Below the pieces are notes generated by a model. The model was not told where the DNA came from. It did no database searches and saw only the letters and a program-made list of their open reading frames with translations. 64,000 nt of DNA from Candidatus Eiseniibacteriota bacterium (GTDB taxonomy: Bacteria > Eisenbacteria > RBG-16-71-46). How positions within the stretch are numbered: the stretch's first letter is position 1; every line of letters begins with the position of its first letter. Below, in pieces: positions 1 to 9,490 of the stretch. A program made the position numbers and the translations under genes. The stretch lies in NCBI GenBank assembly GCA_035712145.1, contig DASTBI010000115.1, positions 3,827 to 67,826 on the forward strand, read 5' to 3'.

Positions 1-793
1 TGCGGCTGGTGTTGGTGCCGATGCCGTTCTGCAGGTAGACCGCGTTGCCGTCCTGGCGAAATCCGATGATGCGCCGGTCGCGGTCCATGCCGGCCACCTT
101 GAAGGGCCAGCGCTGGTGCTCCTTCCAGGTGGTATCGCCACGGTCGCGGTAGAGGATCCGTGTGTCGCTCGTCTTCGGATCGAGCGCCACCGCCGCCCGC
201 ACCTGAAAATCCGGGTCCATCGTCCACGTGACGATGTCGCCGGGATTGCGGGTATCGAAGCGGGCCTCGCCGGTCGTCAGGTTCACGCGCCACAGATCGA
301 AGACGCGGGGATCGCGGCGGTTGAGCGCGACCAGCACCTCGTTCGGATGGCGCGGGTGGGTGAAGAACTCCTCGGCCCGCACCTTGGGAAACGGCGTGAG
401 GTCGCGCATCTGCTTCGTGCGTGTGTCGAGCGCCCACAGGTGCCAGTTCTCGTCGCCTTCGCGCTGGCGCAGGGTCAGCAGCGTGTAGCCGTTGCCCGCC
501 CATTCCACGAAGTCGAATCCGTCGCGCTCGTCGAGGAACGAGATGGTGTCACGGCTGCCCAGCGTGACCACTCGTGGCCGCAGCGCGCCCCACGGCGCTC
601 GCTCGAGCCAGACGATCCGCGAGCCGTCGGAGGAGAGCGTCGGCATGATCCGCTCCGGCTCGCCGAACAGCGCCTCGCGAGGGATGAGCGGAGGGAGCTG
701 GCTCTGCGCGCCGGTGGAATGGAACGCCAGAAGAATGCCGAGGAGGACCGGCAGCGTCGCCAAGCCCCTCACGAATCGGACGCAGCGCAGCAT
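1..793 (-). CDS. S9-family serine peptidase (dipeptidyl aminopeptidase / acylaminoacyl-peptidase-like), N-terminal beta-propeller region; gene continues beyond the window edge
   Basis: The minus-strand reading frame opens with ATG at 793..791 and has no stop before position 1. Its translation MLRCVRFVRGLATLPVLLGILLAFHSTGAQS... shows a signal peptide followed by repeated D/W-rich propeller-like segments typical of S9 peptidase N-termini. It is not in the ORF track because it runs off the edge. Confidence 0.5.
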   Translation of the reverse strand, partial: MLRCVRFVRGLATLPVLLGILLAFHSTGAQSQLPPLIPREALFGEPERIMPTLSSDGSRIVWLERAPWGALRPRVVTLGSRDTISFLDERDGFDFVEWAGNGYTLLTLRQREGDENWHLWALDTRTKQMRDLTPFPKVRAEEFFTHPRHPNEVLVALNRRDPRVFDLWRVNLTTGEARFDTRNPGDIVTWTMDPDFQVRAAVALDPKTSDTRILYRDRGDTTWKEHQRWPFKVAGMDRDRRIIGFRQDGNAVYLQNGIGTNTSR

Positions 794-918
794 CTCGGGA
801 ACTTACACCAAGAAGCGCCCGTCCCTGGCAGCGTTCCCCGCGCTCGCATCCTGCAAGCGCGAGGACGCCGCCTCGATCGGAAGGGCCGCACATCGCGCAC
901 CCGTTCCGAAACCAACCT

Positions 919-1311
919 CTAGCCGTGGCCTCGAATGTTGCGGCGGGCCCGGTCGATCTTCGTATCGAGGCTGTCCAGCATCACGGAGAAGCCGGCCTTT
1001 ACGTCTTCCCACTTCTCTTTGCCGGCTTCCTGGAGCCGATCGAATCGGACCTCGAGCGAGTCCTTCTCCACCTCGAGCTTCGCGATCTGGTCCCGCGTGG
1101 CCCCGCTGACCTTGTCCCCCAAGGTCGTGGCCTCGCTCTTCAACGAGTCGAGGCGCGCTCTCGTGGCGTCGAGTTTCGCCTTCATTTCGCTCTCGCTCGC
1201 AATACGCACCGCGACTTCCGTCGAATCCTCGTCGGTCTGGGCCGTGTGGGTCCTGACCTGGCATCCCGCCAGGACGAGAACTGCCGCCATCCAGACGAGG
1301 AATCGCGTCAT
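919..1311 (-). CDS. small coiled-coil lipoprotein (130 aa)
   Basis: Internal ATG at 1311 in track ORF 919..1866 gives MTRFLVWMAAVLVLAGC..., a signal peptide plus lipobox (LAGC), followed by a K/E/L-rich coiled-coil. The upstream 185 codons of the track ORF are Arg/Ser-rich junk. The start ATG overlaps the stop of the upstream small gene (ATGA). Confidence 0.55.
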   Translation of the reverse strand: MTRFLVWMAAVLVLAGCQVRTHTAQTDEDSTEVAVRIASESEMKAKLDATRARLDSLKSEATTLGDKVSGATRDQIAKLEVEKDSLEVRFDRLQEAGKEKWEDVKAGFSVMLDSLDTKIDRARRNIRGHG

Positions 1312-1457
1312 ACCGGGCGCCTGCCTTGAATGACCCGGATCAGGATCGCGGCGACCGCGAGCAGAAGCAGGAGATGGATCAGTCCTCCGACCGTGTATGA
1401 GGTCATCAGTCCGACGGCCCAGAGAAGAAGCAACACGACTGCGATCGTCCACAACAT
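1308..1457 (-). CDS. lmo0937-family small membrane protein (49 aa)
   Basis: Translation MLWTIAVVLLLLWAVGLMTSYTVGGLIHLLLLLAVAAILIRVIQGRRPV matches the conserved ~48-aa lmo0937-type membrane peptide (LWTI...GG.LIH.LL...IQGRR). A strong SD (AGGAGG) sits 6 nt upstream of the ATG. The stop TGA overlaps the ATG of the downstream lipoprotein. Confidence 0.55.
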   Translation of the reverse strand: MLWTIAVVLLLLWAVGLMTSYTVGGLIHLLLLLAVAAILIRVIQGRRPV

Positions 1458-1923
1458 GGGAATCCTCCTGTCGATTTTTCACCCGAGATCGGGATGACCG
1501 CAGCTTGCGTGCCACCGAGGGCCGCGCGTCGTTGAGGCGTTGCGAGAGAGGGGCTTCGAGGAATTGAACGAGTGCCCGAGGAATCGCCCCGATGTCACGA
1601 AGGGAACAAATTCTTGTAGCCCCTACACGGCGCCGGCTCTTTTCCCTGGAATTACATGAGGCTCTTGTCAATAATGCCGTCCTCAAGTCGGCGTGGATCA
1701 TTTGGGTTGGGGAGCCTGAAGGATTCGCGCATCGAAGGGCCCGGCAATCCCACATGCCGTCGCCCCCGGAAATGGACTTCCAACCTGGACGAACAACCTC
1801 GACCGGGGGCTTGTCGTCCTGAGACAAGGCCGTTCTCTCCAAAGCCCGGCCGTTACAGACAACCAAGCCGCAAGGATCGCCCCTCCGTGGATCACGGCAC
1901 GGCGTGGGCGCTAGGGAATCCTT

Positions 1924-2583
1924 ATGCGATTTTTCGCCCTGTTGGTGGCAGTTCTGGTCCTTCCTGTCGTCTTTCCCAATTCAGCTCGTACCGCCAAGGC
2001 GGCGAGCGCGATCGTTCGGTGGCACGCCACCGGCGACGACAGTCTTGTCGGACGAGCGACGATGTACGACCTCCGCTACAGCACGTCGCCGATCACGGTG
2101 ACGAACTTTCCGTCTGCGAGCGGCGTGGGAGGGGTTCCGCCCCCCGCGCCGGCAGGCACCTACGAGAGTTTCATGGTCACCGGACTCCAGGCGGGAGTGA
2201 CGTACTACTTCGCCATCAAAGCCCGCGACGAGGCCGGCAACTGGTCCAAGATCTCCAACGTCGTGTCGAAGGTGGCCACGACGACACTCGATGCCGCCGA
2301 CCAGGTGGCGGTGTTGTCCTTCTCGCAGCCTCGGCCCAATCCGGCGCGGTCCGGCTCCTTGTTCGTGATGCAGCTACCCGCTGCGGCCAATGTGCTGGTC
2401 GAGGCGTTCGACGTCGCGGGCAGACGGGTTCGCACGTTGGCGGATCAGCAGTACGCAGCCGGCGAACATCCAGTCCGCTGGGATCTCTACGACCATCAAG
2501 GCAGGCGAGTGTCGCCCGGGATGTACAAGGTGCGCGCCCGTCTTGGCTCCACGACCTTTACCCGGAACGTGGTGATCATCTGA
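1924..2583 (+). CDS. secreted fibronectin-type-III-like protein with T9SS/FlgD-Ig-like C-terminal sorting domain
   Basis: Signal peptide MRFFALLVAVLVLPVVF. The FN3-like segment reads GVTYYFAIKARDEAGNWS. The C-terminus (...GEHPVRWDLYDHQGRRVSPGMYKVRARLGSTTFTRNVVII) is typical of a Por secretion tail / FlgD-Ig-like CTD. Confidence 0.7.
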   Translation: MRFFALLVAVLVLPVVFPNSARTAKAASAIVRWHATGDDSLVGRATMYDLRYSTSPITVTNFPSASGVGGVPPPAPAGTYESFMVTGLQAGVTYYFAIKARDEAGNWSKISNVVSKVATTTLDAADQVAVLSFSQPRPNPARSGSLFVMQLPAAANVLVEAFDVAGRRVRTLADQQYAAGEHPVRWDLYDHQGRRVSPGMYKVRARLGSTTFTRNVVII

Positions 2584-2900
2584 GGATTTTTGGGTAGGTA
2601 AAACTTCCCTAGCTGAAAAAAAGAACGAGTCTCGACGAGGTGAATGTGGATAACTTCGACGTGGTTTCAATGACTTGCGTGGTTTTGGCAGCTGGCATGG
2701 CCGCTGCTCTTGGGATGGTTAGAGTCAGGGAAGCAGTGGTGCGGGTAGTGCTCGTGGCGGGAGCACGACGGCCTTCGAGCGAGGCGAATCAAAGCCGTCG
2801 TCGTGAACGCCGCACCCAACGCTCATGGCAACCCGGCAGGTAGCCCTAGCGAGAGCGGTCATACATCAGAGGTCGCCAGAGCCAGCAACGCCTGCACATC

Positions 2901-2939
2901 GCGGGCCGCTTTCGCCAGGAAGCGGCCCGTCACCTTTTT
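2901..2939 (+). terminator. candidate rho-independent terminator (stem gcgggccgctt / aagcggcccg, 8-nt loop, then tcaccTTTTT)
   Basis: An 11-bp GC stem is followed by a T5 run in the 400-bp lower-GC region between the FN3 gene and the convergent regulator gene. Orientation fits the + strand only. Confidence 0.3.
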
Positions 2940-2985
2940 CCGGTGCTGGCTTGCCTTCGCGCAACGTCGACAGCGGGCGTGCTCT

Positions 2986-4353
2986 TCACAGGTTGCCCCA
3001 GGACTCCGGTCTGAGCCCCAGCTTGCGCATCTTCTTGTAGAGGTGGCTGCGTTCGAGTCCCAGCCGGCTCGCGGCCTGAGTCATGTTCCCCTCCGTGGAC
3101 TCGAGCGCCGCTTCGATCTCCTTCTTCTCGAACTCCTGGACCGCCTCGGCCAGGCGCCGGCCGCCCGCCGGAACGGGCGTGCGATCGCTCGAAGGCGCCG
3201 TGGCGTGCAGCACGCCGCGAATCTGCTCGGCCCCGATCGTCGATCCGGGGTGGAGCATGAGCAGGCGCTCGACCACGTTGTGGAGCTCGCGCACGTTGCC
3301 GGGGAATGAATAGCGGGCGAGCTGCTCGATCGCCGGCGGCGCGAATCGCGGAACGCGAATGCCGGTCTCCTTCGCGAAGCGGGCCGCGAAATGCTCGACC
3401 AGCGGCGCGATGTCTTCGGCCCGCTCGCGAAGCGGCGGCACGAGGATGGTGAGACCCGCCAGCCGGTAGTAGAGATCCTCGCGGAACTGCTCGGCCGCGA
3501 TCCGCTGGCGAAGATCGCGATTGGTGGCCGCGACCACCGCGACGTCGACCGCGATCAAGCGGTTGCCGCCGACGCGTGTCACTTCCTTCTCCTGGAGGAC
3601 CCGCAGCAGCTTGGCCTGTCCGCGCAGGCTCAGGTCGGCCACCTCGTCGAGGAAGAGGGTCCCTCCGTGAGCCTCCTCGAACCGGCCGCGGCGTGCCTGG
3701 GTCGCGCCCGTGAAGGCGCCCCGCTCGTGGCCGAACATCTCCGACTCGAACAGATCCTCGGGGATCGCCGAGCAGTTCACCGCGACGAATGGACGCGCCC
3801 GCCTCGGACCCGCGGCATGGATGGCTCGCGCCACCAGCTCCTTGCCGGTCCCGTGCTCGCCTTCGATCAGCACGCGGGCGACCGGGTTCCGCCCGGCCGC
3901 CTCGATCATCTGCTCCACGCTTCGCAGTGCTGAGGAGCGGCCGACGAGCGGGAGCGCCCACGGGCGGCGGAGCCGTCGATTCTCGGCCTCGAGATCCTGG
4001 GTCGCGGTGGCATTGCGAAGCACCACCAGCAGCCGCTCGAGCGAGATCGGTTTCTCCATGAAGTCGAAGGCGCCGCGTCGCGTGGCTTCGACCGCCACAT
4101 CGATGGTCGCGTGGCCCGACATCACCACCACCACGGTCTCGGGCGTGTGAGCCGCGATCTCGGCCAGCAGATCGAGCCCGCTGCCGTCCGGCAGCAGCAC
4201 GTCGAGCAGCACCACGTCGCGCGATTCGCGCAGCCGCTCGCGCGCTTCCGCGAGCGTGCCGGCGACATCGGCGTGATAGCCCTCGCGCCCGAGGGCCCCC
4301 TGCAGGCTGCTCCGGATGTTGGCTTCATCATCCACGATCAGAAGCGATGACAT
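2986..4353 (-). CDS. sigma-54-dependent response regulator, NtrC/NtrX family (receiver + AAA+ sigma54-activator + HTH)
   Basis: Receiver domain (LIVDDE...D...LLDVLLPDGSG). AAA+ motifs GEHGTGKE, the GAFTGA loop (ERGAFTGA), and the Arg finger are present. The C-terminal Fis-type HTH reads MTQAASRLGLERSHLYKKMRKLGL. Confidence 0.9.
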   Translation of the reverse strand: MSSLLIVDDEANIRSSLQGALGREGYHADVAGTLAEARERLRESRDVVLLDVLLPDGSGLDLLAEIAAHTPETVVVVMSGHATIDVAVEATRRGAFDFMEKPISLERLLVVLRNATATQDLEAENRRLRRPWALPLVGRSSALRSVEQMIEAAGRNPVARVLIEGEHGTGKELVARAIHAAGPRRARPFVAVNCSAIPEDLFESEMFGHERGAFTGATQARRGRFEEAHGGTLFLDEVADLSLRGQAKLLRVLQEKEVTRVGGNRLIAVDVAVVAATNRDLRQRIAAEQFREDLYYRLAGLTILVPPLRERAEDIAPLVEHFAARFAKETGIRVPRFAPPAIEQLARYSFPGNVRELHNVVERLLMLHPGSTIGAEQIRGVLHATAPSSDRTPVPAGGRRLAEAVQEFEKKEIEAALESTEGNMTQAASRLGLERSHLYKKMRKLGLRPESWGNL

Positions 4354-4355
4354 GC

Positions 4356-5996
4356 TCAGCTCCCAGGCCTTCGAGGAAGGAAGATGCGAAACGTCGTGCC
4401 ACCGCCTCCCGCGGCTTCGGCCACGACGGTTCCGCCATGGTCGTGGACGATCCGCTCGACGATGGTGAGTCCCAGTCCGCTGCCCGAGGTCTTGGTCGTG
4501 AATCCGGGCACGAACAGGTGGGCCCGCTGCTCCGCGCTCAGGCCGGGACCCGTGTCGCTCACCGTGATCTCCACGCCGCCATCCCGGGCAGCCGCCGCCA
4601 GCGTGACGCGTCCATCGCCGTCGATCGCCTCGAGGCCGTTCTTCACCAGGTTGACCAGCGCCTGCCTGAGCTGGGCCGCGTCGGCCGCCAGCGCGCCGTC
4701 GAGCTGCGCGCGATCGATGAGCAGCCGGCCTTCGGAGGCCTCGCGCGAATAGAGCGCCTCGAGATCCGCGAACAGATCGGCGACGTCACACGGCGCGAAC
4801 ACCGGCGCCGGAAAACGGCCGAGCTCGGAGAACTCCTCGAGCAGCCGCTTGAGCGCGTGCACCTCTTCGCCCACCGTGCGCACCGCCTGGTCGAGCACTT
4901 GCGGAAAGTCGGGACGCTTCTGCTCGTAGCTGCGCTTGAGGTCGGAGATGGAGATCGCGATCGGCGTGAGCGGGTTCTTGATCTCGTGCGCCACTTTCCG
5001 GGCCATCTGGCTCCAGGCCGCGTGCCGCTCGCCGATCACGAGCTGCTCGCGATAGCGGCGCAGATCACCGCGCATGCGCTCGAGCGCGGCCACCAGGGTC
5101 TGCAGCTCGCCCACGCTCTTCAGGGCGAGCGGCTCTTCCCACTCGCCTCTCGACAGGCGGTCGGCAAAGGCCGCCAGCGTCACCACCGGGCGCGACACCT
5201 GGGACGACCACATCACGCCGAGGACGACCGCGATGATGACTCCGAGCAGACCGAGGAGCGCAGCGGTGAGCTGGAGCGTGATGATCGTCCGATCCCCGGC
5301 GGCCGCCGGCACGAGACCGATCACCGAGATGGACGAGCCACTCCCCAGATCCAGCGGAAAGCTGCGCGCCAGGTAGGGCTGGCCCGCCACCGTGAGCCGG
5401 GACATCACACCGAGGACGTCCGAAGGCCGATCGGGCGATCCCCCGAGCGTCGAGGCCACGACGCGGTCGCCCTCACGGAGCACCAGATCCACGCCGCGCG
5501 TCTGCCTGAGGCGCCGGAGGAACGTCGAGTCGAGCGCGAGCCCTCCACGCAGCAGACCCGCGTGCTCGCCCTGATAGAGGATCGGCGCCGCACCCGACAT
5601 CGACAAGCCGCGCTCCAGGCTGTCGGGCGCCGCACCGGAGCGCGCCTCGCTGCCGGTGACGACGGCGCCTGCCGTGTCCGACACGGCGAGGAAGTCGAGC
5701 CCGAGGAGGAAGCGCTTCTCCTCGAGATAACGGCGGAGCTCCTGGCGCTCGTCACCGACCAGATAGAGCCGTTTGAGCGTGACGTCGCGCGCCAGGATTC
5801 GCAGCTTCTGCGCGACCTCCTCGGCCTGGACCTCGAGCTCCGACTGCAGCCCGCCGAGTGCCACGTCGAGCCGCTCGCCGGCCTCGGTTCTCATCATGCG
5901 CTCCACCCGGAACGAGAGCAGGAAGATGGCGAGCGCGAGCGGAAGCAAGGCGATGAATGCGGAGCCCAGGATGAGCCGAGAGCGGAGCGACTTCAT
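4356..5996 (-). CDS. sensor histidine kinase, NtrY-like (2 TM + periplasmic domain, HAMP, HisKA, HATPase_c)
   Basis: H-box HEIKNPLTPI. N, G1 and G2 boxes (LVNLVKNGLEA, DTGPGL, GSGLGLTIV). Two hydrophobic segments flank a ~200-aa periplasmic domain. Start taken at the MKSLRS ATG (5996), which overlaps the stop of the upstream gene (ATGA). The track ORF extends to 6020. Confidence 0.85.
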   Translation of the reverse strand: MKSLRSRLILGSAFIALLPLALAIFLLSFRVERMMRTEAGERLDVALGGLQSELEVQAEEVAQKLRILARDVTLKRLYLVGDERQELRRYLEEKRFLLGLDFLAVSDTAGAVVTGSEARSGAAPDSLERGLSMSGAAPILYQGEHAGLLRGGLALDSTFLRRLRQTRGVDLVLREGDRVVASTLGGSPDRPSDVLGVMSRLTVAGQPYLARSFPLDLGSGSSISVIGLVPAAAGDRTIITLQLTAALLGLLGVIIAVVLGVMWSSQVSRPVVTLAAFADRLSRGEWEEPLALKSVGELQTLVAALERMRGDLRRYREQLVIGERHAAWSQMARKVAHEIKNPLTPIAISISDLKRSYEQKRPDFPQVLDQAVRTVGEEVHALKRLLEEFSELGRFPAPVFAPCDVADLFADLEALYSREASEGRLLIDRAQLDGALAADAAQLRQALVNLVKNGLEAIDGDGRVTLAAAARDGGVEITVSDTGPGLSAEQRAHLFVPGFTTKTSGSGLGLTIVERIVHDHGGTVVAEAAGGGGTTFRIFLPRRPGS

Positions 5997-7081
5997 GGCG
6001 TGCGCTCGCGGAGCCTGCACTCGAGCGCGTTCACCAGCGCATCGGGGTCGAGCGAGGTGAGGTAGGGCCGAAGCTCCGGTGAGCTGACGACGGGGCAGCG
6101 GAGCAGGAAAAGCGACTGGATGCGGGTCGATGCTTCCGTCGAGTCGAGCGAAGCGACGTATCGATCGACGTAGGCGAGCCGAACCCGACGCGCCGTCGGC
6201 GGTGCGAAGCGGTCGAGGAATCGCTGCATCTCACGCCAGCCCGGCATGGCGACATCCACCTCGTACCGCACTCGGCCCAGATAACCACCAACGGGATTCC
6301 AGGAAACCAGATCACCGCGGAACAACTCGCGGTTCAGCCGGACGAGTGCCGAATCGGCGCCGACCGGAATGGAATCGTCGACGGCCGCCACCATTCCCCG
6401 CGAGCGCATCCCATACAGGTGGCTCTGCCAGCGCGACTGCTCTCGCATGTGACGCGACAGCTCGCCCGGCCAGAAGACCGCGACGTCCAGCTCGCCGCGT
6501 TCGAGCGCGATCTCCTCATCGTCGGCGTCGTCGAAGAACCGGGCGACCAACGTGTCGGGCCAAGGCGCTCTCAGCTCGACGGCGGGGTCACGCACCCATC
6601 GTGCGGATCGCGCGGTGGAATCCGCGGCGTGGTAAGCGCCGGGCGGAAGCACGAGGCCGACTCGCGCGCACGCGAACAGGAGGTTCGATCTCGCCGCGCT
6701 CGGATACCCGACCCGAAGCAGCGCACGGGAGGCAAGCTGCGAGCGCTCGGCGACGAGAACCTCGATGCGGCCGAGATCCTTCGGCTTCACCTTCGTCAAC
6801 GAGCCGGTCTGGATCATCACTTCAGCGAGCTCGCCGTGGAGCGTGCCGGTGACCAATCCGTGCGCGAGGTCGTCCTTGCGGTAGCGGAACGTGACGCGGT
6901 CTCCGGAGCGAAGCGCCAGAGAATCCCGCAAGGCGAGATACACATGCCGCTCACGAACGAGCACCACCTTGACGGGCGCGGAGCCGGAGTCACCCCGCCC
7001 GGCCAGTGGAATCCCGATCCATGCGAACAGGCTCAAGGCGGCGGCCGGCAGGAGCCGGCTCAGGACCGAGCCGGTCTCCAT
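5993..7081 (-). CDS. periplasmic solute-binding-like protein, first gene of the 3-gene two-component operon
   Basis: Internal ATG at 7081 gives METGSVLSRLLPAAALSLFAWIGIPLAGRG, a signal peptide. Upstream the track ORF is Pro/Arg-rich junk. The remaining ~330 aa have a mixed alpha/beta character compatible with a PBP-like fold. The stop overlaps the kinase start. Confidence 0.45.
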   Translation of the reverse strand: METGSVLSRLLPAAALSLFAWIGIPLAGRGDSGSAPVKVVLVRERHVYLALRDSLALRSGDRVTFRYRKDDLAHGLVTGTLHGELAEVMIQTGSLTKVKPKDLGRIEVLVAERSQLASRALLRVGYPSAARSNLLFACARVGLVLPPGAYHAADSTARSARWVRDPAVELRAPWPDTLVARFFDDADDEEIALERGELDVAVFWPGELSRHMREQSRWQSHLYGMRSRGMVAAVDDSIPVGADSALVRLNRELFRGDLVSWNPVGGYLGRVRYEVDVAMPGWREMQRFLDRFAPPTARRVRLAYVDRYVASLDSTEASTRIQSLFLLRCPVVSSPELRPYLTSLDPDALVNALECRLRERTP

Positions 7082-7395
7082 CAGGCAACGCTCGTGGGAT
7101 CGGATGGGCGGTGTTCCTCCTGCGACTCGCCGGGAAGCGTCGGGCGTGGGCGACCGCGTGTCAAGTTTGACACGAAAGACCGGTCGCGGCTCGAGGCCAC
7201 CGTGAGGCAAGTCGCTGCTATCCATGCGAGTCGCTGCAGGGCATGGGACTTGTGATGAGGACCGACCGTGAAGCGGCGACTGGAAGGGTCGCCGCGGCGG
7301 ACCTGGCCCGTGGGAGAGCCCTTCGCCAGGCGACGGCGGCGGCGCCGGCATCTCGCCGCTCGTCGCAAACCGCCGCCGGTGATGGGGAGAAGCAG

Positions 7396-7950
7396 ATGAG
7401 CAACGAATTCGAAAAGGTGTCTCGCGTGGGACGGGGCGCGCTGGCGCTCGCCGGTGGTTTGGCGCTGGCGCTGGTTGGATGCGGAGGCGACCAGAAGGTG
7501 AGCGAGCGAGCGGACGCGCCATTGCGGGTGCCGGTCGAGCAGACGGCGACGGTCGCCGCCATGAGCGATGTTCCGTCCGCGGCGCATGAGGAGGCCGAGG
7601 TCGTGCCCGCGGCGGACTCGCTGCCGCCGGAGATCGCGGTCGACGTCATGGACCACACCGTCGAGCCCGGAGAGGCCATCGAGATCACGGCGCTTGGCTC
7701 GCCGGACGTCCGCGACGTCATCCTGACCGATGGGTTCGGCCGTTCGACGGCGTTCGTCTACGACATTCCTGCCAAGGCCTGGAAGGTCTGGTACCGCGTG
7801 CCCATGAAGCACGAGGCGGAGCGGCTCGGTCTGTCCGTGACGGCCAAGAACGACGGCAACCGCTGGCGCCGGGTGTGGCTGTTCCTCGAGGTCGCTCATC
7901 CCACCGTTTCGACGGCGACCACCGGAGCGCCGCAGGACTCGACCCGCTGA
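7396..7950 (+). CDS. hypothetical lipoprotein (184 aa)
   Basis: ATG at 7396 gives MSNEFEKVSRVGRGALALAGGLALALVGCGGD, a lipobox LVGC. The upstream part of the track ORF is Ala/Arg-rich junk. Confidence 0.5.
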   Translation: MSNEFEKVSRVGRGALALAGGLALALVGCGGDQKVSERADAPLRVPVEQTATVAAMSDVPSAAHEEAEVVPAADSLPPEIAVDVMDHTVEPGEAIEITALGSPDVRDVILTDGFGRSTAFVYDIPAKAWKVWYRVPMKHEAERLGLSVTAKNDGNRWRRVWLFLEVAHPTVSTATTGAPQDSTR

Positions 7951-8140
7951 GCAAGGAAGGACGTGACGGCCGAGGCTCCGGCGGTTCGACACGCCGGAGC
8001 TTCGCCGTGCGTCTTCAGGCGATCCTTCCCGAGCAAAGTTCTGGACAAGTCATCGAGCCTTGCCCCAGCATTATTGCAGCGCTGCCGAAAACCATGAGGT
8101 GCCGTCCTCGGTTTCGCGGCATCTACATTTCGTGGGACTC

Positions 8141-8749
8141 ATGGGCTTCCGCAGACTCGCATCACTCTACCGACGGCACTTTCGCGATCATCGTCGCGAA
8201 AGGATGTTCCTCGCCTCGATCAGCTTCTTCGTCACCTTCGGCGTAACTCGCTGGCTCACGCACGCCTACCGCAACCACGAGGACCCGCTCCAGGTCCACA
8301 TCGGGGGCGTCCACGTCCATCACCTGGTGTGGGGAATCCTCCTCCTGATCGTGGTCGGCTACATGTGGCTGATCCAGGTCGGAACCAATCACCAGGCGGT
8401 GCGGATGGGACGGATCACGTCGATTCTCTGGGGGGTGGGCGCCGCCCTCACACTCGACGAGTTCGCGCTGTGGCTCAATCTCGAGGACGTCTACTGGGAG
8501 CGGGAAGGCCGCGCGAGCGTGGACGTCACGCTGATGTACGGCGCGCTGGTCTCCGCCGGCCTGTGGGGAGGCCCGTTCCTTCGCGCGCTCGGGCGCCAGG
8601 GGCTGCGCATCCTGGGCTGGTCCTCCAAGCTCCGGGTGCGTCGCCGCCGACCGGTCGAGCCGGAAGTGGGGGAGCTGGCGGAAGAGACCGCGGTCGCCGC
8701 GGTCGAGACTAGTGCGACCAGCGGAACACGGCCTGACGGGCCCCGCTGA
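8141..8749 (+). CDS. hypothetical His-rich integral membrane protein
   Basis: Three or four hydrophobic helices (FLASISFFVTFGV, LVWGILLLIVVGYMWLI, ILWGVGAALTL, LMYGALVSAGLWGG). His cluster HIGGVHVHHLVWG. Start is ambiguous (8141 or 8204). Confidence 0.4.
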   Translation: MGFRRLASLYRRHFRDHRRERMFLASISFFVTFGVTRWLTHAYRNHEDPLQVHIGGVHVHHLVWGILLLIVVGYMWLIQVGTNHQAVRMGRITSILWGVGAALTLDEFALWLNLEDVYWEREGRASVDVTLMYGALVSAGLWGGPFLRALGRQGLRILGWSSKLRVRRRRPVEPEVGELAEETAVAAVETSATSGTRPDGPR

Positions 8750-9209
8750 CGGTCGAGCCGCCTTGCGGCTTCGTGCTCGCTTCGAAGCTCGCGTTCACCG
8801 TGTACTCGCCGGGCGGAGCGGCATAGCGCTCGCCCGAGGCCGAGTAGAGCGTTCCGTCGAACTGGAGCTCGCTCTGAACGCTCTTGTGTGAGGCCAGCTC
8901 GCGGCAGCAGTAGTCGGCGCACGCCGGCATCACCCGAGGATCCCGGAGGTACACGGAGCGACCGTCGGGCCCCCGAATGTCGAGACCGATCACCGTGCCG
9001 GCGCACGGCACCGAGTGGTAGACGCTGGCCCGCCCATCGTTGAAGGCTTCGGCATCGACGGTGACGGGCTGGGTCGGCGATCCCGAGCTGTTGCTGAACT
9101 GGATCACCACGTGGACTCCGGTCTGGTCGACCGGTCCGGTGGTCCTGACCGCGCAAGCCCAGTAGTCGACACCGAGGATGACCGAGACGAACGCAAAGGC
9201 GAGCTTCAT
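8709..9209 (-). CDS. hypothetical secreted Cys-rich protein
   Basis: Signal peptide MKLAFAFVSVILGVDYWACA. The mature part is Cys-rich (8 Cys including CADYCC). No recognisable domain. Confidence 0.45.
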   Translation of the reverse strand: MKLAFAFVSVILGVDYWACAVRTTGPVDQTGVHVVIQFSNSSGSPTQPVTVDAEAFNDGRASVYHSVPCAGTVIGLDIRGPDGRSVYLRDPRVMPACADYCCRELASHKSVQSELQFDGTLYSASGERYAAPPGEYTVNASFEASTKPQGGSTVSGARQAVFRWSH

Positions 9210-9490
9210 GGCAGGGCTCCAACCAGGCGCTAAGTCTACGGGGAGCCCCCGGCCTCGGTGAACCTCATTCTGGTTCGATCCCTGAAGAAATGACCTCGCC
9301 GCGCGTTGGGCGTCTCACTTTTTTGTGACGCTGCGAATCGTGCGGGGTTAAGAATGATGGCGGATGGACGGTGGACGGCGGCTGCCGTCGCGCTGGTCCT
9401 CCGCCCGGCGCCGGTGAACGCCCAGGCCGTTTCCCGTGGCGCGCGGGGCAGCTCCCCCAACAGCCGAGTCCGGGCGGCCATGAGGTCCGC

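Noticed and set aside
4347-6065. Long + strand ORF (572 aa) opposite the histidine-kinase gene; similar long shadow ORFs at 15034..17688, 12260..13564, 46045..49344 and 49537..52410
   Set aside because: Their translations are Arg/Gly/Pro/Asp-rich low-complexity, typical of antisense frames in high-GC DNA. The opposite strand encodes clearly recognisable proteins (HK, PilB, CstA, SecA, TopA).
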